NCBI RefSeq assembly: GCF_018350175.1
Contig: NC_058368.1
Coordinates: 68,202,001-68,266,000, forward strand
Source: Felis catus
Lineage: Eukaryota
Reading direction: 5' to 3'
DNA: 64,000 bases
The notes below the pieces were generated by a model. That model searched no databases. It was not told the origin of the DNA and saw nothing but the letters and a program-made list of their open reading frames with translations. The position numbers were made by a program, and so were the translations under genes. Of this stretch, positions 11,351 to 23,950 are shown piece by piece (within the stretch, counting starts at the first letter, position 1; every line of letters starts with the position of its first letter).

Positions 11351-12149
11351 AAGGAACAGAAATGAATTATTATTACTATCTTTATCACTTCTTATAGTAG
11401 TAAGAGCATTATTAGTAGGAGACTTTTTGATAATTTAACTACAAATATACTAATTTTTCCCTCTCTGCTCCCTGTAGGGAAGAGTTTTCCGTGTGAAGTT
11501 TGGAATAAATAAGATTCAATGGCACATTTTTAATGTGCTAAAGTATTTTCAAATGTTTTCTGATGCCATTTGCATATAAACAATTTGTCTGCTAATTACA
11601 GCTGAGTTATTCAGTTATTAAAATAAGCCCTACAGGACTCATATTTGGCAGTAGTGGAGTGGGTTACTTTTGCTTATTTCAAAATAATTCATTTGTATTT
11701 CTTCAAAACTATTTAATTTTAGACTTCGTCTTTTCACCACTTCACTTGTCCCCATCTTGTACCATATTCCTCCCAAATAGTCTGAATCAATGAAGCTGTA
11801 AGTGTTTTGTCCCAGCCTGTGCTTGACACAACGCTTAATTCTAAAACATGTGATGTGTTGGTCCTGCCTGCGTTCCTGTTTGCCCATGATGAACTAACGG
11901 ATTAAAGACACATGAGCAGTACCCTAAGGCAATGGTTGTTTATCCATTCTAATTGCAAGGAACAATAATAGACTCATTGTAGAACACCAAATAATCAAAA
12001 CATCTATATCCGGTTTTGGAGCATGGTGTTTGCATTTGTAATTAATATGATGATCTAATTCAATGAAGAATTCCATTTCAATGTTACAATGAAGCCTCAC
12101 CCTGAAGACACAACTCAAGGACAAGATGCAAATGAAAGAACCTAGACCA

Positions 12150-12300
12150 GACGGGTACACGGGGTTCTAGCCCCATTCCTGCCACCAGCTAGCTGCGTTA
12201 ACATGGAGCAAGCCATAGCGCGTCTCTGGACGTCCCTTTGTTCATAGATATTTAGACAAAGTTGAATGTGAAAATCTCCTGGGCTCATTTTTCAATTCCA
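12150..12300 (+). mobile_element. MIR fragment
   Basis: gggttctagcccc...tgccaccagctagctgcgt. Confidence 0.45.
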
Positions 12301-12519
12301 TTTCTTGCTCGATATCTGCCAGTCTACTCTTGATGTGTTTTTACATCCCTGACCAAAGAGCACTTCAAACCCCTCGCAAACTTTCTTAGAATAGATAGAA
12401 TCTTCAGCCTTTCATTTAAACAAACAAGTGAAGAAACCAACAAACTACAAGCAAGATATCAGCAGGGCAAGTAATTAACCAAACAAATTCAAGAGCTACC
12501 AGGGTTTTTTTCTAAAGCA

Positions 12520-12675
12520 AAAAGTCCCAAGTTTCAGCCCTTTCTCTGTCACTGACAAATTGAGTGACCTTGGGAAAGTCATTGTATGAGGTTTCCTTGG
12601 TGGTATTTCTAGAGTTTCAGGTCTTAGACACTCATTAAGATCCCTTCCAAGTGCTAATGAGACATATGATTCTAT
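12520..12675 (+). mobile_element. MIR/MIR3 fragment
   Basis: ctctgtcactgac...gtgaccttgggaaagtca...aagatcccttcca...tatgattctatg. Confidence 0.5.
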
Positions 12676-13178
12676 GCAAATGATATTAGTAAGTCATGTG
12701 CTGTGTTATGAACAATGTAATTTCCCTTGGATAATTAAGGGCTGCTGTCTTACATTTGAGTTGATCATTAATTTTGTTTGTTTATTTTTTGTATGTTCTT
12801 TTATTTTTTATTCACCATATGATCTTATGATTTAGAGTAAATCATACCAGAAACATGAAATCTGAGTCAATCTAATCAGAAACCAATGTCCTTGTATATA
12901 CTTTTCCCTTAAATTCTTCTATATTGTGCTAAAGATTCAATTGCTTGAGCAGTGCATTTTTTTCTTATTTGTTAATGAGTAAGCATCTTTCAAGCCATAT
13001 ATATTTATGTGTAAATTTACATACATGTAAATTTATGAAAAATGCAGTTCATGTTTCACATAGCATATTGACATATAAGCCTTTCCTAAAAGATTTATCT
13101 GGAATGTTATTTTCATTTCTACTGATTATGATGAAAATAGCTAAGCCATGCCTGTTTGCTGCTTTATTCACCCCTTTG

Positions 13179-13180
<2 letters not shown>

Positions 13181-13229
<49 letters not shown>
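13181..13229. repeat. (GT)n microsatellite
   Basis: Seen directly. Confidence 0.97.
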
Positions 13230-13232
<3 letters not shown>

Positions 13233-14544
13233 TGGTTGTACCTTATGGATGAGTTCTCGGCAGAAAGCCCATTTAAAATTTGTCATGCCTCATGATCCTG
13301 ACAACACATCGAGAGGAGCTGATTTAGGAAAACACAGACTGTTTGCTAATCCCTACTGCGAGTGGATTTCTTACTAATTATTTTTTGACTTTGAACCTCT
13401 TTAAAAATATTCTTTAGAGGTAATTATTGTGTGGAATGAATTTTTTTTTTTCGTTAAGGAAATACTGCGTTTTGGACCACTTTAAATCTTATTTTTTTAA
13501 GGTGTACAATTAAAGTAAATGATTTAAGACTCACTGTTTCTTACATACCAGTTTAAATAGATTTTGGTATCTGCTCACATAGTTAATTTTTTTTCCCCTT
13601 AGGATTCAGGCTTCTCATCTATTCCTTTGTGCTTTAATAGATACATACAAACCCAGAGAATGCTTTATTTCCTCATTTCAAGCTTTTAACATTTAAATAA
13701 TCAGCCTTCTTAAAACGATAGAAAATTGGATCTTTGAGTTTAATAATCTCATAAGAAGTAAGGGCAAAATGAATGAAATTTTTAGTTTTTATTGGTCATA
13801 GAATCAAATATATCTGTGGAATAAAGTAAGATAATGTGGTTTAATACAAAGGCTTTATTAAATTACTTTAAACAGAACTTTAAAGAGCTTTCTCAGTTTC
13901 TATTTCTTATATGCTATTTTTAAAAATAGTTGATGTCAGGAAAAATGACCAGTTTCAAACCATACTAGTATCATTCAGAAAAGGAATAAATTCAGGCCCA
14001 CTTTTCTCTTTACATGCTGATTAGGTTGTGGTAGAGTCATTTCACGCACCAACTACTTTTTGAGTGCTTTTGGATGCCCAGAACTGCTAGAAGAGGTAGC
14101 AAGGAAGGCTCTTGTCCTCAGGGAGCTGACACAGTCATCTTGGCGAGAAAAGGCAAGTTCCTAAGAAACGCCTAGAGAATATCTGCATGTTAACTTTCAG
14201 AAAAAAAATCCAGGTAATGAACAATGTGGGTGAGATTGTATGGAAAAAAACTTTACATAGGAAATCAACATAAAGATAAACCAATCTGAATTGAGGAAAA
14301 GAAATGTGGATTCAGCCTCTCCTGGCTATTGCAGGTGAAGGAAGAAGGAACAAAAGGAGATTGCTGGGGCTATCAGCCTAATCCAGAGTTTGGGTTCAAG
14401 TGGAGAGCAAGAAAGAGCTTTTAGAGGTCTCCGACGCTCACTATAGAGGTATTTGAATGTGATCTAATGTCAGATGCCAGCCAGGTCCCAAAACAGAGGA
14501 GGACTTACAAGCTCTGTCAAAGAAGGAAGTTTTCATTCAACTCC

Positions 14545-14735
14545 AGCTGTGGTAACCATGAGTAGATAGATCTGGTGTGGCCAGATCTTCAGATCTTTCA
14601 AATGTAGCCAGATACCCACATTTTAAAGGAAATGCTCCTAATTTTAAACGTTTACTCTTTTTTTGCTACTGTGTGAGCCAAATTAAAGACACCTGCTGGC
14701 TTGATACAGCCTAGGGATGACCAGTTACCACTTCC
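14545..14735 (-). mobile_element. MER102-like hAT-Charlie DNA transposon fragment within degraded L2
   Basis: ggccagatcttcagatctttcaa...agccaga...aattttaaacgtt...actgtgtgagccaaattaaa matches my recollection of reverse MER102. Confidence 0.55.
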
Positions 14736-15248
14736 ATGGTAAGGAACAAGGGAACGGTTAAACTTGAGAGTGTAGGAAATGAGCAGGAGTCAGATCCAGA
14801 CAAAAATGGGTCTATGGGAACTGGGAAGGAGGATCTAATTTAAGAGAATTTGCAGAATAATTGACAGAATTTGGAAATTTTATTAGTTCACATGTAAAAT
14901 TAAAGCCATGGAAGAAGCCTACCGCAAAGTTTTGAACTTGGGGGTCTAGGTCGCTGGAGACTTAGAAGACAGCTCAGGGGGCAATGAGAACCAATTTACT
15001 ATATATGTTCCTACTTTCATTAGATTTTAAACTAATGAGAGGAAGACATAAATGTCAAAATTGATTAGAGACTTAGTTGATCTCCTCTATAAACACTATA
15101 TATTTAGACACACCCCTCTTCTACATATAGGAACCATTTGTGCAGAACCTTTTATTTTTGAATTTGAGAAATGTAGCAGTTGGCTTATTTTCCAAATACA
15201 CATTATTCTCTGTTTACCTATGTGGATATTCATCCATTCATGCATGCA

Positions 15249-15438
15249 CAGGGTTGCCAGATTTTGCAAATAAAAATACAGGATGCCCGGTTGAATTTGG
15301 ATTTCACATAAACAACAAACGATTTTTGTATAAGTATATACCAAATATTTTGTGGGCTATCTTTATACAACAAAGTATTAATTGTTTCTCTGAAATGCAA
15401 ATTAAGCTTGCCATCCTGTATTTTATTTGGCAACTCTG
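15249..15438. mobile_element. MER53 palindromic hAT MITE
   Basis: TIRs cagggttgccag...tggcaactctg; internal symmetry (aaaatacaggatg / catcctgtatttt); 8-bp TSD tgcatgca 15241-15248 / tgcatgta 15439-15446. Confidence 0.9.
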
Positions 15439-15499
15439 TGCATGTACCATCCTATTTCTCTTGGATCGAGTCTTCCTTCTCACCCTATTGTTTCCACTT

Positions 15500-16355
15500 G
15501 GCTCTTCTACAAGCCGTTCTTCACAGAACAGGCAGGGTGATTTTTTTTCATGGAATTACGGTCATCTCCTTGCTTAACACATCTTAGGGGTTTCCCTTTG
15601 GACTTAGAATCAAATTCGAACTCCTTACTGTGACTTGCAAGGCCCTAAATGATGTAGTCCATGCCCCCTCGTCCAGCTTTATCTTCCAGGTACAATTACC
15701 TGCCCAAATTCATCATGAATACACCATTCTTCCCCCTGGCTAAGTTCAGCCCCTCTATCCTTCATTTTCTTCACATTGCCCACACTGATTTGCACGCTAC
15801 GGCTTTTGCACTTGCTGTCCCTGAGCCTTGGAATGTTCTTTCTCCAACGCTTTGCTCACCTGCCTCTATCATTGCTCAGCTCTTAGCTCCAATGGGACGT
15901 CCTCAGAGAGGCTTCCCCTGGTCACTCTATCAAGCACAGTTTCTCAGCCTCGGAACTATTGACATTTTGGGTTGGATAATCCTTTGTGAGGATGGCTTGT
16001 CCTGTGCATTGTAAGATGTTTAGCAGCCTCTACTCACTCGATGCCCTCACTTGAGACAATTAAAACTGTCTCATCAAATGTCCGCAGAGGCAAAGTCACT
16101 GCTGGTTGAGGGCCACGGAAGCAACCAGCCCCCTTCCACTTTATTTCTATCACATTATCCTATTTTCCTAACTTCACTATCTGCAGTTTTTCTATTTGCA
16201 TTTATTTGCTATTTGTTTATCATCTCTTTCTCTCTCACTAGAAGAAAAGTAATGTGTGCAAGATTTGGCCTATTTTACTCAAGTCTATATCCTTATTATT
16301 GTCCAGAACTATGCCTGGCATATAAAGGTGCTCAATAAACATTTATTGAATATAT
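15500..16355 (+). mobile_element. LINE-2 3' fragment (interrupted by MER20)
   Basis: L2 motifs (ggcttttgcacttgctgtccct..cttggaatgttctt; tcctcagagaggcttcccctg; tgcctggcatataaaggtgctcaataaacatttattgaat). Confidence 0.75.
15935..16118 (-). mobile_element. MER20 hAT-Charlie MITE
   Basis: cagtttctcagcctcggaactattgacattttggg...tgtcctgtgcattgtaagatgtttagcagc...ggttgagggccac. Confidence 0.85.
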
Positions 16356-16479
16356 GCCAAATAAATTCAGATGACCTTTATTGAAGAGCTAGCATGCCCC
16401 AGGCACTGTTGGGTTTAGATGGAATAACAATGTACAAGACATTATGCCTGGTCTCTTGTCTCTGAAATCTTACCCTGAA

Positions 16480-16650
16480 GCCCAGTCATGAACTCCAGGC
16501 TACATATAATAACAATGACACATCCTACAGGCTTGCCACCATCTTGCATAAGGTCCAGGGAATCTAACCACGCCACAGTGCTTGGCTCAGTTCCATACAA
16601 CAAAAAATTATCCTACCCCAAATGAGAACACTGTCCCTGAGAGAAACACT
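16480..16650 (+). mobile_element. MER20/MER20B-like fragment
   Basis: ...ccagggaatctaacc...acaacaaaaaattatcctaccccaaatg...gagaaacactg. Confidence 0.5.
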
Positions 16651-17029
16651 GGCTTCAGCCATTCCTGGTGAGAACATCATTGGGCATAGACCACGGAGGA
16701 GAACTGGGGAAAGGAATTTCACCAAGGAAAGTTAGGATACTCACCAGGAAGAGGAAGGCCCAGTGCTTGGGAGAAATAACATAGGCCTTCTTTAACCGGT
16801 AAAGGTACAAAAGAGAAGTTACTGAAGGCTTTCTTGGAATACGAGGATCAGAGAATTTTATGAAAAAAGTGTTCACATAGTATTTGTTGTATTATGTTAC
16901 TTGTGTTACCTCTGATAGAGTATAATTCTTGCTATTAATCCTAGTGTGATTTCTTTATGTGGCATTGATACAGAGGACTTTTTTCTTTCATTCGTAGTGT
17001 CTGTTTAGCTTCTAAAGTAAATTTCAGAA

Positions 17030-17600
17030 AAAAAAAGTCATCATACTTCCTAAGAACCTACTAACAACCTCCCGGATCAGGAAATAGAGCTTGGCCAGCA
17101 CCCCCAAAGAGCCCCGTCCTGTTTCAATGACTGTTCCCCACTCTTCCCCCCACAGCTACCTCTATGCCAAGTCCTATCATCACAGAGTGATTTTTTTCAA
17201 CCTTTGAAGTTTCTACCTAGGGAATCACATAGTACACGCTCTTGTGTTTGCCTTCTTTTGCTCAGCTTTGTGTTTGTGACATTGACTCAGGTTGTTCTTA
17301 TAACTGTTGTTCCTTGATCTTCATTTCCTATATTATACCATTGTATAAATATGTCACCGGTTATTTATTCATTCTATCTGGGTTGTTTCCTGGTTTGAGC
17401 TTTTTCAGATAGTGCTTCTGTGAATATTCATATTTTTTGTCTTTTGTAGGTATGAGTGTGCATTTCTGTTGGGCATATAATGAGGAGTGGAATTGCTGGC
17501 CCATCGAGTGTATGTATGTTCCGCTGTGATAGAGACTGCCAAACACCCTTCCAGAGTGGTTGATTCAATTTACTTGCATGAGAGTTCCATTTACTCTACA
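17030..17600 (-). mobile_element. Ancient L1 (L1ME/MC-type) 3' fragment
   Basis: Antisense L1 3' text (ggaatcacatagta; tctgggttgtttcc; ggagtggaattgctgg; ctgccaaacaccc..ccagagtggtt). Confidence 0.75.
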
Positions 17601-18616
17601 TGAGAAAAGAATTTTTGAAAAAGGCAATAACTTGTAAGATCAGGATATGATGGGGGGAAAAAAGCATTGCCTTAAGAGAAACACTGCCTACTCTGTAATA
17701 ATTTTATGTATGCTTGGCATACTTAAGCGTTTATAACAAAGCTGATCACTTCCTTTTGTGAAATTTTACCCATGTGCCTACTTGAACCTCCTTCAGACCA
17801 GATAATGATGGCAAGGATCTACTGAGTCTAGGAAATTCAAATTATCCCCAGAATATTGGGGATATGGGAATAAGTTGCTCTGTAAGTGTATAGTGTTCCT
17901 TTAACTAAATCATAAAAATCATTGCTGTGCTATATGAAAAGTTTATGAGGTCACATGAATGCTTGCTTACTGTGCATATGGTAAGAGCTGTGCATTTCAA
18001 GTTAAATATAGGAGCAGTTCTGGCTGTAAAGAAGTAGTTTAAGAATTCAAGAGAACTATAAATGGCCATCTGCTCTCTTCTCCATTTTTATTTGCTGAAT
18101 TAACCCAGTGCAATATTTTAATGAATAATGGGTTGGCATTCCATCTGCTCATTAATTTTTTCACACTATACAATAATCCATCATTTTTACCGAGCGGAAA
18201 CAATTTGCTACTTTGTAAAAATATTTTTAAAAATAAAGGCAGTGGGTGTAATTCAACTTTCCATTAATTTCAAGTGTATTTTAGAGATGGAGATACCGAG
18301 AACATCATTTGAGTCAGGGTGCTGGGAAAGAAATTTCAGGTCTTAGGGATGACAGTGCATATTAGATGAGATGTGTCTTTGTTTCATAAGATATGTATAT
18401 TTGGGCTTATTTGAAAAGAACAAGAAGAGAGTCTTTCTCTGTATGACCAAAGGTGGCAGAGATGTAAATGGCATCGATAATATAATGGTTTGGCAAAAGA
18501 GCATAAGGATTAGTTCTTTCAAAATAATGCAAAACATGCGTCACTATCAGAATGGAGCGTGTGGTATTCCAATTCTGTGCTCAATGCTACGAATCTAAAG
18601 CCAGTTGAGCATATTA

Positions 18617-18617
<1 letters not shown>

Positions 18618-18657
<40 letters not shown>
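18618..18657. repeat. (TG)n microsatellite
   Basis: Seen directly. Confidence 0.97.
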
Positions 18658-18659
<2 letters not shown>

Positions 18660-19687
18660 CATGCACGCCTGTGCACACACTTACATTCAAATTTCATTTA
18701 AGTAATTTTTAATTTGTTTCTGTTTTCTTGCTTCTGTTTTTTTTATTTCTCTTAAGTTGGCATGGCACATTATATGCATTATATGCTTTCGGGCCATTTA
18801 AGGTTCATGTGTCCGGGAGCAGATGTCAGTTTAATGGCATCTTTAATGCCTGCTGTGGCACTTCCACAAGTGGATTCCCTGAAACAGGATTTGGCCAGAG
18901 GGTTTAAGCTGACATTTGGAGAATTGATGAGTGAGGTGTGAGGTGGAGAAGAAAAGGGAAAAGGCTTTAAAATATTCCAGTATTGATGATTTTTAAGATT
19001 TCTACATCATTTACCAAATATTTTCTCTTCTGGTGGTTTTCTAGCTCAGTCAGTTTTAAATAATTTATCAACAGATTTTTTTTTAAAAGCCTCCACTCCA
19101 GCTCTTATAGGTTCTGGGACCTGAAGGTATTCTTACCTATCAGTAGAGATATATTATTCCCTTTAAATATAAGGGATATATTGTGCAGAGGGAATGGAAA
19201 ATAATTAATAATAGGGTTCTATGGATTTGAGGAGCCTATCCCACATTAATATTATTTTGAAATAATGACTGAATTCTGAAAAAATATGACAATGCACTAA
19301 TCATCATGTCTGTAATAAATGAACCATCTCAGAGGTACGCATTTTAATCCCATCAGATTTCATTTGTATCTTCTTCGTATTGGTTTGGAAGAATTAAAGC
19401 CAAAGCTTTTTATTTACTCCTTAGAGTTTGTCTGTGAAATATTACCTACTTATATTTTTCTAAGACTTTTGGGCCCCACACATTGTTCATAGGACTCCCA
19501 CACCAAAACTTTCCCTATATTACTAACCAGAGGATCTGGTATAATTAGTCCTACTCCATCCCAATACATAAAGCAAATGATATATTGTGAATCTTTTTTC
19601 ATGAGAAACTTACATTAAAATTTAAAGACCAAACAAAAAGAAACTCAGAAAAATTAAATTAGTCATTATTTTCAATGGTCCAGTATA

Positions 19688-19906
19688 GGGGCACCTGAGT
19701 GGCTCAGTCGGTTAAGTGTCTGACTTTGGCTCAGGTCATGATCTCATGGTTCATTGAGTTCGAGCCCCATTTTGGGCTCTATGCTGACAGCTTGGAGCCT
19801 AGAGCCTACTTCGGATTCTGTGTCTCTTTCTTTCTGCCCCCCCCCCCCCCCCGCTCATGCTCTGTCTCTGTCTCTCAAAAATAAATAAATGTTAAAAAAT
19901 TAAATA
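19688..19906 (+). mobile_element. CAN-SINE (SINEC_Fc-type)
   Basis: ggggcacctgagtggctcag head; A/B boxes; TSD aatggtcca(g/a)tata 19674-19687 / 19907-19920. Confidence 0.96.
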
Positions 19907-20699
19907 AATGGTCCAATATAAGAAGTCAAGGATCTCTGTCTGGTAGATGAATATGAAAATGTCTGGATAGATAGCACCAAGTTTTACCGTGGTTTTCTGT
20001 GTGGGTTTACACCTTGAAGGAATTTTATTTTTCATTTTTTACATCCTTATAAATTTAGTTTCAAAACAGACTGTGTGGATATCTTCATGAACCAGTGTTC
20101 AGAGAGAGGACGCTTTAAAAATGCTTCTATGAGCTACAAACCATAAATAATAAATGAGTGTTTATTGACAACAATCTGTTATAAACTGAGGCATGCATAT
20201 GACGCACTTCTTTTAGTAGGAACTGACTCTTATCATGGCAACACCAGGACCAGAACTCAGCTGACACTGGCTCCAAATAGGTGCCGGTAGATTCATCAGC
20301 AAGTCCTGTCGATAGAGTCGTACATTTTCAAGATCATAGAAACATTTTCTTCAGTTACAAAGTAGGAATCTAACAGGGGAAGATTCATTATGTTCTATGA
20401 AAATTTACCTGTGAATCTAGTGGAAATAATTCCATTAAAACGTACTTTAATTTGAAATATACTACCATACTTTACTGTTTCTAATAAAATGTGGTGATGG
20501 AAAATGAACTGGGAAGGTCAATATTGCCTTCCACTTGAATCTTCAAAATATACACTAGGGAAGCCATTTTCCTTCCTCTCGGAATGATTAGGGAGGCTCC
20601 ATGAGAGTGGTTACTGAACTTTTCTCCACCAGTTCATTCCTTGTGACAACACAGGCACATAGGTACACAGGAAGATCAAGGAAATTGGTAGTATCCAGA

Positions 20700-20930
20700 A
20701 TCCATGATTCTGGACGTGGATTCTGGCATCAGGTAGCCTGGGTTCAAATCCCGACTTGGACTGTTAATGACTTCTGTTGCCTTGGAGCAATTACTTAATC
20801 TCTCTCAGCTTCAATTAAAACATGTGGGGATAATATTAGCTATCCTCTGGATTATTGCAAAAATTTAAGATTTTATATATGAAATGTTCAGTTCAATGCC
20901 TGGCTGAGTTTGTACTCAATTAAGAGTAAC
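20700..20930 (+). mobile_element. MIR
   Basis: cctgggttcaaatccc...ttacttaatctctctcagcttca...tggggataatatta...tgcctggc. Confidence 0.75.
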
Positions 20931-21680
20931 TTCATATAATAAAGGTTGCTATCATCGTGCCCCAGGTGAAATTATTTATTTATTTTCAACAAATAATATG
21001 GATGGAAAGTGAGGCTTACACACCAGTATAAAGAATGGTAGAGGATTTCTGAGACCGTTATTGATTTCCAGTGTCCCCAGTATGATTTATTTTAATCAGC
21101 ATCAGAAGAGTCAGGGAGTGGTGTTATTCCCTTATGTAATAGTCAATTATTAGCTCATTTATAAGTTAATGTCTGGTTCTTTCTTTGTTCTTTTACCTTA
21201 ATTGTATACCTTGGTATCCAGAAAAGAGAAATAACACCAGAAGCTTGAAATCCCTCAGAGAATAAAGTATGTTTATCAAAATCCATAAAAAATGTTCGAT
21301 TATACAATCTCTTCCAATGAAAAGGACTGTGCTGATTATCATGTTAATTAGAATACCTTCCACTCTACTGAAATGTTGTATACAATCAATGTTTTACTTC
21401 CTATGTCTCAAAGCACATAATTTGTAGTTTTCTGAAATGGAAGAGACAGATAGTGTACCAAATCTTTGTGTTACAGCTGGTTCCCCAGAGAAGCTTGTAG
21501 CTGTGCTGGAAAGAGAAAGAAAAAATAAAAACTTAAGGCATATTGCCTGAACTATATGCTGGGATATCATAGAGAAAAATTTTAACCTTATCATGTAAAG
21601 CTCAAGAGTATTACCTACATGATCAGCCAAAGAAATGTATCTGGCTGAAAAACAAACGCAAAAAACCAGAGGCACATCAA

Positions 21681-21843
21681 TCCTCCCTTTCCTTTTTCCT
21701 TTTTCCTTTTTCCTTTTTCCTTTTTCCTTTTTCCTTTTTCCTTTTTCCTTTTTCCTTTTTCCTTTTTCCTTTTTCCTTTTTCCTTTCCTTTCCTTTCCTT
21801 TCCTTTCCTTTCCTTTCCTTTCCTTTCCTTTCTCCTTTCCTCT
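21681..21843. repeat. Compound polypyrimidine repeat (CCTTTTT)13(CCTTT)10
   Basis: Counted by eye: 21691-21781 heptamers, 21782-21831 pentamers. Confidence 0.95.
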
Positions 21844-21982
21844 ATGATTTACCTATTGGCATTCTATAAGTGAAGAAAATGTTAAATATATGTTTATTTG
21901 GTGAAATTAAAAAATAGCAAAATTCTGAAATTAGCATATTTTGAAGAGAGCACTTGCTTGTTTCCATATCAAAAGACATTTT

Positions 21983-22172
21983 TTAAGTTTATTATTTTGA
22001 GAAAGAGAGAGAGGGAAGGACAGAGAGAGATGGAGAGAGAGAATTCCAGGCAGGCTCAATGTTGTCAGTGCAGAGTCTGATGCAGGGCTTGATATCACGA
22101 ACCCCGAGATCATGACCTGAGCAGAAATCAAGAGTCGGGTTCTCAACCAGCTGAGCCACGCAGGTGCTCCCC
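21983..22172 (-). mobile_element. CAN-SINE
   Basis: SINE structure; TSD aaaga(c/t)atttt 21972-21982 / 22177-22187. Confidence 0.93.
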
Positions 22173-22209
22173 CCCGAAAGATATTTTCAGTGATACTAAT
22201 ATTAATCTC

Positions 22210-22740
22210 ATTTCAACAAAAATTTGAATTATTTTTAATGCAAGCAGTGTGTTAGGAACCGTGGATCTATTCACATAAATAAGAAATGATTTCTACCTTC
22301 AAAGAGCATACAGTCTACTCGATGAAACGGGAAAACAAGTATGTAAAATAATTTAAGGTGAAATGAGGTGTGTGTGACAAGAATAGAAAGCCCAAAACTT
22401 TCTGCCAAGAAATATCAGAGAAGGCGTCATTGGAGAGATGGACTTTCGAGTTAATCACTGAAGGACTGAGTAACTTTTACTTAGGCACACAAGAGGAGGA
22501 AGTGCTTCCAGGAAAGGGAAGATCAAGGAAAAGTCATTAAACTGTGAAGGTTTGGGGACCAGCAATGGGTCAGGTGTGGCTGAAGCAGAAAGAGCATGTG
22601 TGAAATGGATGGGGGCAAGACTGTGGTGTCAGCCAGCAGGACCTCGAATCGAATGCCAAGAGGGCTGGACTTACTTCACAAAGTAAGTGGGGCCCACCGG
22701 AGATTTCTGAGGAGGAAACTGATTTGACTTGTAGTAGATA
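22210..22740 (-). mobile_element. LINE-2 fragment
   Basis: ttcaacaaaaattt...gcagtgtgttagg; taccttcaaagagcatacagtcta; cttccaggaaagggaa. Confidence 0.55.
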
Positions 22741-22789
22741 AAACTGTCCCTTGGTCTGCACATCTCCATGGATAATAATTTCATCATTG

Positions 22790-23119
22790 CAGAGGCTTGG
22801 ACCAAAAACCCTGGAGTCGCCCTGGACTTCTCTTTCTCTCCCTGCTTCCCTCAGTCAGGAAATCCTGGGACTATACCTCGAAACTAACCTGAGACTGGCC
22901 ACATGTTATGTTCTCCACTGCTACCTTGTTCGTCAAAGACAGATCGTCTCTCATCTAGACTGTTTGTGTGCTCGCTGATCTTCTATAGCAGACACAATTG
23001 TCCTTTTACCACAAAACCCCAGTAACATTAATATTCCATTCTGAATCCTCCAGTGGCTTTTCACCTCATGCACATTGAAACGTGTGGTCCTTTTCACGAC
23101 CCACAATGCCCTGTGGGAT
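22790..23119 (+). mobile_element. LINE-2 fragment
   Basis: ccaaaaaccctggagtcgccctggacttctctttctctc; atcgtctctcatctagac; cctccagtggctt. Confidence 0.6.
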
Positions 23120-23121
23120 TA

Positions 23122-23511
23122 CGGTAATCCCCCTTTATCCATGGTTTTGCTTCCTAAGGTTTCAGTTGCCTGTGGTCCAGAGCAGAAGAGTTACGTCCCT
23201 CATCTCACTTCATCTCATCACATGGGCATTTTATCACCCACAGCGTCACACGAAGAAGGGTGAGGACGCTGACAATAAGAGAGACCACATTCACACAGCT
23301 TTTTTTTTTCAGTACATTGTTACAATTATTGTCCTGTTTTTTTATTAGTTATGTTGTTAATCTCTTATTGCACCTAATTTATAAATTAAACCTTATCATA
23401 TGGATATGTGTATAGGGAAAACATCGTATAAATAGGGATCAGTCCTATTTGTGGTTTCAGGAATCCACTGGGGGTCTTGGACCGTATTTCCCACGGAAGC
23501 AGGAGCTATCA
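23122..23511 (+). mobile_element. MER44-family (Tigger7-derived, TcMar) MITE
   Basis: Begins cggtaatccccctttatcc; contains gagaccacattcaca...cctaatttataaattaaac...atccactgggggtcttgga; TA dinucleotides flank (23120-21, 23512-13). Confidence 0.88.
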
Positions 23512-23739
23512 TACTCCCTCAGTTCTTCTGTGACCTGGCCTCCAGCCAGTGTCCTGCTCCTTTAGTCCCTGTGGTTCTTCCAGTGACCCAGGAATAAAGT
23601 AGCAGCGACCTACCCCCTCTGTTCCCTCCGCCTCCTGCTTTTTTTCACAGCGGTTGTCACCAGGTGACAGATCATAGAGAGATGTGTTCTGTGTCTGTCT
23701 CTTTTTGGTAGAATTGAAGCACCTTGAAATTTTGTCAAA

Positions 23740-23950
23740 CACTTACATCATATGTGCCAGGAACGCTTTAAAGAACTTTCCAAATATTAACTCATCGACT
23801 ACTCATAACCCTGCAACATAGGTAGTATTATTTTCTAGACTAGGACATTGCAGCAGAGAGAGGTGTAGTAAATTACATGAGGTTTCACAGCTCCTATGTG
23901 GCAGAGCTCAGAGTCAAACTCAGGTCGTCAACCATCGTCACCACCACTAA
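23740..23950 (-). mobile_element. MIR
   Basis: acttac...tatgtgccagg...attaactcat...ctcataaccctgc..taggtagtattatt. Confidence 0.65.

Noticed and set aside
11448..11510. + acceptor (TACTAAT...CTGTAG at 11477) with nearby AATAAA; similar acceptor at ~13602
   Set aside because: No supporting donor or coding signal
15140..15577. 145-aa ORF
   Set aside because: Non-ATG start; spans MER53 and L2 sequence
21635..21847. F/P/S/L-rich ORF
   Set aside because: Translation of the pyrimidine repeat
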